A DNA stretch of 64,000 nucleotides from Schizochytrium sp. TIO01 (lineage: Eukaryota > Protista > Bigyra: Labyrinthulomycetes). The position numbers were made by a program, and so were the translations under genes. The stretch covers positions 6,740,761-6,804,760 of the forward strand of contig SMSO01000031.1 of assembly GCA_004764695.1 (NCBI GenBank). The letters are read 5' to 3'. Shown one piece after another: positions 56,032 through 64,000 of this stretch. Every line of letters begins with the position of its first letter. Position 1 is the first letter of the stretch. The notes beneath the pieces are model-generated. The model was not told the DNA's origin. It was given only the letters and a program-made list of their open reading frames with translations, and searched no databases.

Positions 56032-58248
56032 GGTGCTTCCCGATTATTAGTGAGCGCGCCAGGAGCGTTGTTGACACAAATATCACAGTGAACTCGGGCT
56101 GCCTCTCCGGGGGTTCTTACTACAGAGTACAGAATGCGATGCGCTGCAGTGCAATGCAGTAGAATGCAATGTTTAGGCAAGGCAAACCTCTGCTATTTTA
56201 TGCATTTCATTGTCAAACTCAAGCTACATGTATCCTAAATCATATCAACTCCTAGAAAATCTAGCCGTTTAATCTTATATAATTAGGTAGGTAGGTACCT
56301 AGGAACTTACTTACTACTATAGGTGATGCTTAGTCTTTGTTTAATTTTGTGATATTTAATTTTCGAGTTTGTCCTCTATTGAACTCTTTGGCGCTGATGT
56401 GCTTTCGATAAAAAGAAAAGAAAGATAAGATCTTGAAGCATCGTGAGTTTGCGTTCGACATGTGAGGCATCCATTGAACAAGCATAGTTGAGAATGCGAC
56501 CCATGTGGTTCTCTAAAAAGTCATCTTCAGCATAATCCTTGTAATGCGAGCCCTTCTACCGTTGATCTTCTATGAAAGCCAACAGGGGGACCTGTAAGGC
56601 AGCAGTTAAAGCCTCAAGCAAACTCGCAAGTATCTCTCCTCAAGACTTACTTAAGTGCCCTTTCGTGAAAAGGAATCGGGAGTGCAGTACGAAGATGACA
56701 CATTAAATCGTTTCCCTCATTACCGGCTGGGTTTCCCTCGTCAGCTCTGTGACACAGGTGCAGCTGTGTCTAGCTGGACGAGAAGCTGCGTCTTCTGGTT
56801 TCTGTGGCGCGTGTGGCACTTCTAAAGCTCGATGTTGCTTTCCGCGAACCAGCGATCTTGCCAACTTCTGTGGTGTTTGTGGATCGCAAGTTGAAATGTC
56901 CTGGGCAGCGAGTTGTCGACGGTTCTCCATTAATCACGAAGGGACAGCCAGCATGTGGACAGCTTGGGAGTTTAGACTCAGCGAGAAGCTCACGGGTGAG
57001 ATTTCGAGGAGACAACACAGCTGTGTTTGTAAAATGCCAGAGACCGCTTCGTTTTCACGGCTGTTGCTTTTTACATTCATTGGAAACAAAACAAAGCAAA
57101 GCAAAAACCAACGAACGACCGATTGGCCAACTGCGCTGGGCGCTCTGTCCTCTTTGATTCTGGAGGGCGCTTGAGGCAGTCCTTCCTGCATGCATTTGCA
57201 TTTCCGAATCTCATGTCTTGGCTATCGACCCCGCAGTTCTTGGAGCGCTCACGAACGGTTTGGAAAGACCCTAAGCTGAAGCCTCCAAACCAAAGCGATG
57301 AAATAGAACAAGCAAAGGTATCGATACCGATCAAAGTTCACTCTCTCGCCCTCTGAAATATGGCACATCTGCGTCCACGATAATAGTTATCTGCGTGTCG
57401 CCTTGGAAACTCCTAATCAGCATCGTCGACCGAGGGAGAGGCGTAGTGCAATTCGGAAACAAACAAACTCAATACGGAATGCGCCTCGCTTACATAAACG
57501 GAACGTGCAGGGATAATATGGAGGCCCTTTTGAAGGTCCCGACGTCCGCGGAATCGCAGCAAACGGGGAGCACTCCCATATGATCTAAACGTTTGATACA
57601 ACGTAAACTTGGCGGGCGAGACGCCTTAAACTTATTTTAATTTATTATAATTGTAACAATTAATTTAATTAATTTAATTTTTTTTAATAAAATTAATTTA
57701 AAAATAAAAATTAAAAAAGGTCTCTCCGATCGTGCTTTCCTGGTCACTCAATTCTTGGCTTGGCGAAGTAGTCACCCTTCCTCAAAGTTGTAGTGACACG
57801 CTGTCGCTGCTCTCGGCCGGCTTCTTGGGCGGGCCTGGGGCTTCATATCTCTAGCTTGCTACCCACTAAGGAGCGGTCGCCTCGCCATGACCCAGTTGCA
57901 AGGACGTCTGTCCGTCTTGGCGAATCTTGGCGTCACTCGATTTTCTTTCGTTTTTTGCGCCATGATTTTAATCCATTAAAAAGAAAATGAAAAGAAAATG
58001 AAAAGAAAATGAAAAGCAGAACACCCTTTAACTCTTGCTTGCTTTTGGCAGTATACTACCAAGATACCATAATGGTCTCGCCTGCAAAGCTCTGCAGCCA
58101 AAACAGCTGAGAAACTTGCGCGGCTTCGTCCAAAAGATAGCACAGCCATCAGCTTCGACCCATCCAGAGCTGCTTTCCGAGAGCCGAGGCCTTCGCTACC
58201 GATGGTGGTCCTGTTCGCACGATGGCGAGGCAGCCAGCAACCGCTAAA

Positions 58249-58297
58249 TAGTTAGTTAGCTAGTTAGTTAGTTAGTTATAATTAGTTAGTTAGTTAG
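58249..58297 (+). repeat. (TTAG)n imperfect microsatellite
   Basis: Read directly from the sequence. Confidence 0.75.
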
Positions 58298-58734
58298 TTG
58301 TCTGCTGAGTGAGTGAGCGCTAACGCGGCGTATGTACTACGCGGTACCAACTTAGTTTGGTACCGACTTCCTACCCAGCCAGCCATCTTTCCAAAGATCC
58401 GGCTGGATCTATCTGAGGGCGTTCTCGCGGACGTCTTTCTTTCTTCCTTTCTTTCTTTCTTTCTTTCTTTCTTTAGCTTTGGACCGATATTTGGCGTCAA
58501 AGGCGGCGAATCCATCCCGTCTTCTTTCTGTATGCGCAGCCTTGAGGGCGAAGGTTGGACTGCCTGGAACCAAACGACTAATCACCGCGTCGCTTCTTTG
58601 ATTGATTGCTTGATTGCTCAAAGAGACTTTGGAGGCGGCTCTTTGACAACTCGAGGTACTAACTACGTAATAGATAGATAGATAGCTGATACGTAGAGAT
58701 ACATAGAGCCAGCTAGATAGAACTTTCAAGAGGT

Positions 58735-59372
<638 letters not shown>

Positions 59373-60140
59373 ACTTAGAAATGCCGCAGTGTGCTGAGGA
59401 GGCGGCCCTTCAGACAAATTTTAATAAATAACTTGAAGTCAACAAAAAGTAAATAAGTTTTAGATACTAGCTGCAGTAGATACCTAGATAGAGGGCTTTT
59501 CCAACAAAAGAGATAAAACACCTTTTATAATTTATGAATTTATGAATTGAGTAACTAAGTCAGTCAGTCAGTCAGTCAGTAAGTAAGTGAGTAAGTGTAA
59601 GTAAGATGTAAGTGAGGCCGAGTTCTAATCAATGAACTTCATTTCGTGTCAACTTTGCGTTGCGTCGATGGATATACGGGGTCCAAGAGAGGCGATGCGA
59701 TAGGAATTGAGGCGGTACTGCTGAGGGTCTCTGCAGAAAGCACCGCCTTTAAGCCACAGCTTCCTAGCTTTGACAAGCAGAGCCTGCTACTTCTTTTGTG
59801 TTTGTTACTGCTTTCTTTCAAGTTCTTTTTTCTTATCCCTCTTCCCAGTTCGAACCTTGGAAGACCTTCTCTTCTGTAATCAAACTATTTATGATTTATC
59901 ACTTTAATATTTAATTTAAAATAAAAAAAGAATGGAATTAAATTTGATGTTTATTTTTTATTATAAGTTTTAAAATAAATTGAAAAACGGAATGAAGAAT
60001 CGAATGAAACTCGTGAAAAACAGCGCTCGAACGGGCCACTTCCGACACAAAGTCCACAAAGCACCAGCGCAATTTCGAGTATCATACCACGCGGAGGCCC
60101 TCTGCTCAAGCTGGCAGAGCCGCGAGCGTATCGGCGCAAC

Positions 60141-60166
60141 GAACAAACAAACAAACAAACAAACAA
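60141..60166 (+). repeat. (AAAC)n short microsatellite
   Basis: Read directly from the sequence. Confidence 0.75.
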
Positions 60167-61077
60167 AACTTGAAGTCGAAGGAGAAAAGGATCCAAAGTA
60201 TCCTTCCGGTTCCATTTTCCGCCTTCCTTCGGTCGAGGGTGATCCACTTTTCTCCTGTCTAAACAGAAAAGGAATGAGAGAGGAAGCGAAGATAAAGGAA
60301 ACTCCTCACATATTGGCCGTATATGGTAACAACAACATCGCCTTGAGGATGGAACACGGGCTATTCTCTGGCTAGCGGTATCCTTAGGGGAGGTGGGTCC
60401 GCCGTTCTTTCTGGGTGTCAGCGCTGGAACGCTTGCCTGCTCGGAGCGCAGTCTGAGACACGTGATGATGTTTATTTATTTATTGATTTATTTATTGATT
60501 TATTTGTTGGTTTATTTGTTGGTTTATGCATTCTGACATTCACGGTGCGATCGATCTTCGCTACGAAGGGCCTTCGCCCCGAACCGAAGAGCTGTGACGG
60601 GTTTATTCTCTTTCGCTCAGAGTCCCTCAAACTTGCGGCGTTTCTTTCTTCAATGCGCAACGAATCACACGGAAGGTTCCAACTTTCCGATACTTTTCCT
60701 TTTTCTTTACTTTACTTTACTTTTAATACTTTAAAGTAAAAATAGTATCTTTCTTCGTTTGTTTCTATCTTTCAGCACTTTCACTCGTTACTTCGAAATC
60801 GATCATTTCACGAAGGAAGAAGCGAAGGCAGAGGCAACCGACAAAGGACAAACGGTAAAGGACGACGCGAGTGGAAGCAGAGGGACAGAGTCCTCTACCG
60901 TGCGACTGAGGCGGAGTTCCGTCGGGTGTGCCTATCGTGCTTTGGACCAATTGCGTTGAATTTTCATTCATGATGAAACGTGTTTTTGTGTTTTTGTGCT
61001 TTTTTTGTTTTTGTTTTGTTTTTTAACATTTCTTTAAACATTTTTTTTGCTTTGGTCCTCTTCCAGTTCGTTTTTTA

Positions 61078-61078
<1 letters not shown>

Positions 61079-61137
<59 letters not shown>

Positions 61138-61138
61138 G
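61079..61138 (+). repeat. (TTG)n microsatellite, about 20 units
   Basis: Read directly from the sequence. Confidence 0.95.
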
Positions 61139-61523
61139 GATCTTCAGAGAAGATTGCGATCGATCGTTGGAGGAGATCTCTTCCCTTCCGCTCGAGCAAT
61201 CGGGCGCCCTCCGGCACGAGTCGAAGAGGAGAAAAGGTTCATCTTCAGATCGAGCCTGCGCTGGTTCTTCTTCGTTCAAGATGGAGCTGAAGGAGGCTAG
61301 CTCCTTTCGATTCTGTCAAATCTATCCTCTTTTCTTTTAGGGGCAGAGACTCAGAGAGAAAGAGGATGGGCGTAGTAGCAGACCTCCCCTCGCCCGTGCA
61401 GTTCTGAATCAGAATCCAGCAAATCCGAAACTCATCAAGCCCGAGACATCACGTCTGAGCAGCGACGCATACATACACGCACACGCACACGCACACGTAA
61501 GAACGAACCGATAATCCAAAACT

Positions 61524-62570
61524 ATGCCGTACGTACTTGCCGAATACGTGTGGATTGACGCCGACGGCGGCCTCCGCTGCAAGACGAAGGTTTTGCCAGG
61601 CAGGGAATCCGTCAAGCTTGAAGATCTGCCTGACTGGAATTTCGACGGGTCTTCCACTGGCCAAGCTCCGGGCGATGATAGTGAAGTGATCATCGTGCCT
61701 CGTGCCCTGTTTAAGGACCCCTTCCGTGGTGGCAACCATGTTCTTGTCATGACAGATTGTTACGACCCCAAAGGCAATGCCATCCCGACGAATACACGTG
61801 CTCCAGCAAAGGAGATCTTTGACAAGGCTTTAGAGGAGGAACCCTGGTTTGGTATTGAGCAGGAGTACACTCTTTTCAAGAATGGTGTGCCCTTGGGTTG
61901 GCCTAATGCCAAAGCTCGTTCATTTGGTGGGCCCACTGTCCAAATGGGCTTCCCCGGCCCTCAGGGGCCTTACTACTGTTCTGCAGGTGCAGATGTAGCA
62001 TTTGGCCGTGATATTGTTGAGGACCATCTGATCTACTGCCTCGAGGCCGGCATCAATGTGTCTGGTATCAACGCGGAAGTAATGCCTGGCCAATGGGAGT
62101 ACCAAGTTGGACCTTGCACGGGGATTGATTCAGGTGACCACATGTGGATGTCGCGCTACATCCTCAACCGTGTTTGTGAGAAGCATGATGTAACTGTATC
62201 GCTTGAACCCAAACCCATTCCGGGCGACTGGAACGGAGCTGGCTGCCATACAAACTACTCAACAAAGGCCATGCGCGAACAAGATGGCGCGTATGAATCA
62301 ATCATCATTCCTGCCATTGAGCGCCTTGCAAAGAAGCACCAGGAACACATTGCAGTCTACGGTGTTGGAAATGAGGCCCGTCTCACCGGTAGGCACGAAA
62401 CTGCTTCCTTTGAGAAGTTCTCCTATGGTGTCGCCAACCGTGGTGCGTCTATTCGCATTCCGAATGCCACCAAGAACGATGGCAAAGGCTACTTTGAGGA
62501 CCGCCGTCCTGCGTCGAATATGGACCCTTATGTTGTCACTTCCAAGATCTTTGACACCACCATTCTTTAA
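61524..62570 (+). CDS. GLN1: Glutamine synthetase type II (348 aa)
   Basis: [85 protein letters not shown]. Confidence 0.98.
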   Translation: MPYVLAEYVWIDADGGLRCKTKVLPGRESVKLEDLPDWNFDGSSTGQAPGDDSEVIIVPRALFKDPFRGGNHVLVMTDCYDPKGNAIPTNTRAPAKEIFDKALEEEPWFGIEQEYTLFKNGVPLGWPNAKARSFGGPTVQMGFPGPQGPYYCSAGADVAFGRDIVEDHLIYCLEAGINVSGINAEVMPGQWEYQVGPCTGIDSGDHMWMSRYILNRVCEKHDVTVSLEPKPIPGDWNGAGCHTNYSTKAMREQDGAYESIIIPAIERLAKKHQEHIAVYGVGNEARLTGRHETASFEKFSYGVANRGASIRIPNATKNDGKGYFEDRRPASNMDPYVVTSKIFDTTIL

Positions 62571-62883
62571 GTTCGTAATTATCAACACAATTTTTATTTA
62601 CAATAAACCTTTCACGTATCCTGGTAGCTTTATGAAGCTAATGCTCCTAATAAATTCAGCATCATTCAAGTCAACGAATTTCTCATTTCCATATATCGCA
62701 GAGAACTATTCCAAACATGATCTTGAACATTGGAACTCATGAAGCAATTTTCCATGCATATGCAGTACAATGATTTAATTTGTGAAGCAAAAGGTTGTAT
62801 ATTAATTATTTATCATGATTCCAGTCTTACAAACTCTACAAAGCTAAATCTAATAAAACAGCTTTCGTGGGTCATAGTTTTGG

Positions 62884-64000
62884 CTAGGAATTCAACTGAT
62901 CGCTCAACTTCTTAAGTGTGTTTGCAGCGCGCTCCAAAGCGCTGCTTAGATTTGAGGTCTCTGTATTTTCTGCAGCATCAGAGACAAGGTCTTTGAGAGG
63001 AGTATCATCCTGAGATTCGGAACGAAGCTTGAGAGAATTCGCTACATGCATAGTTGCAGCTACCACAGGAATAACAACACCGGTCAGCAACGACAATAAT
63101 GTACTTCCAGGGGTACCAGGAACGTTGGCATAAAAAATGACTCCGCATAGAATAAACCACACAAAAAGCAATATCAAGGCAGCCGTGCTAATCCACAATA
63201 ATGAGGTAAGCTGCCTCTTGCTGAATCCTCTTTTTTCAAGTTGTTCCTCGAGTTCTTTACCTTCGTGACCTGCTTCGCGTAGACGCTGAACAAGTTTTGT
63301 ATAAAATTTTGATATCTTCGACCATGTTTGTCGAGCGTAAATAAAGATTGACAAAAGCCCTGCAATTCGACTCGCAGCAGTTTTGGGGTCAACAGTTAGT
63401 GCCACAACAAGCCATAACAAGTGCGTGCAGACCATTGCGACGGAGACAAGAGAAAATCCAATAATAACTCCACGCACTCCATGTTGCAATCGATGGCCAG
63501 GGTAAATCTTCCATACACTTCCAATAAAAAAGACGGCTACAAGCAGCGAATATGCAGTCACAATTCCAAAGATTGGTAGCTGAATCATTGACTTGCGCTC
63601 GCAATATAGTTCATCCATGTCGCAGGCAAGATCGATGCTCCAGAAGATAGGTAAAAGAATCGGAAGTATCAATACACAGTAACGTTTCGCAGCTGCCATA
63701 GGACCAAATTTCGGGTTTTCAAAGTCTGAATCTACGAGAAGCATTGTTTCCAGAAGCTCCATTGTGAACTCTGTATCATTTGCAACCATATCATCCAATC
63801 GCGCTGCCGCAGCAGCAGCTTGCGCATCTTCGTCTTCCTTAGAGCCTCCTCCTGTAGTTGGGGTTGGCCCTGGCCCGGGAATAACCCCGTCGGTTTCAGG
63901 AACTACAGGAGCGCCGCCTCCCTGAAGGTGGTTGGGCAATCCGAAACCTCTTGTGCCAAGTACGGTTTTGTTTGAATTAGACGTTTTCCTTTCTTTCTTG
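62884..64000 (-). CDS. Hypothetical multi-pass membrane protein, 5' end outside the window
   Basis: Frame stays open to base 64000; about 6 hydrophobic helices in the C-terminal 270 aa. Confidence 0.7.
   Translation of the reverse strand, partial: KKERKTSNSNKTVLGTRGFGLPNHLQGGGAPVVPETDGVIPGPGPTPTTGGGSKEDEDAQAAAAAARLDDMVANDTEFTMELLETMLLVDSDFENPKFGPMAAAKRYCVLILPILLPIFWSIDLACDMDELYCERKSMIQLPIFGIVTAYSLLVAVFFIGSVWKIYPGHRLQHGVRGVIIGFSLVSVAMVCTHLLWLVVALTVDPKTAASRIAGLLSIFIYARQTWSKISKFYTKLVQRLREAGHEGKELEEQLEKRGFSKRQLTSLLWISTAALILLFVWFILCGVIFYANVPGTPGSTLLSLLTGVVIPVVAATMHVANSLKLRSESQDDTPLKDLVSDAAENTETSNLSSALERAANTLKKLSDQLNS

Noticed and set aside
58249-58297. TTAG repeats as an interstitial telomere
   Set aside because: The unit is TTAG, not TTAGGG or TTTAGGG; short and part of the local tetranucleotide family.
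61023-61340. Poly-Q, poly-T, poly-C and poly-L ORFs
   Set aside because: Translations of the (TTG)n repeat in the GS upstream region.

Overview
Eukaryotic nuclear DNA with compact, almost intron-free genes and large tetranucleotide microsatellites. Gene content and style suggest a stramenopile, most plausibly a thraustochytrid/labyrinthulomycete (inference, not a database result). Left to right: (1) a tandem array of four signal-anchored sulfotransferase (SULT-fold) paralogues at 4.2-12.5 kb, one with a +1 frameshift; (2) a gene-poor, microsatellite-rich zone of about 9 kb; (3) PP2C phosphatase, a hypothetical acidic protein, a kelch+EGF surface protein, an ELO fatty-acid elongase, a lipocalin, a type II membrane protein, an ICME-like esterase and a frameshifted receptor-L-domain repeat protein; (4) a Kizuna-like/Ubl protein, a two-exon TAF10 missed by the ORF track, a TRF4-like poly(A) polymerase, a TSET/TPLATE TTRAY (TWD40-2-like) subunit, an OS-9-like MRH lectin and MORN1; (5) a second microsatellite-rich zone, glutamine synthetase II and a truncated membrane protein. 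The most unusual signal is the SULT array. All copies carry a CxxC in the PAPS-binding loop and a shortened RKGxxG motif. The three intact copies have Gln at the catalytic His position, and only the frameshifted copy keeps His. No tRNA, rRNA, CRISPR or intact transposon was recognised.
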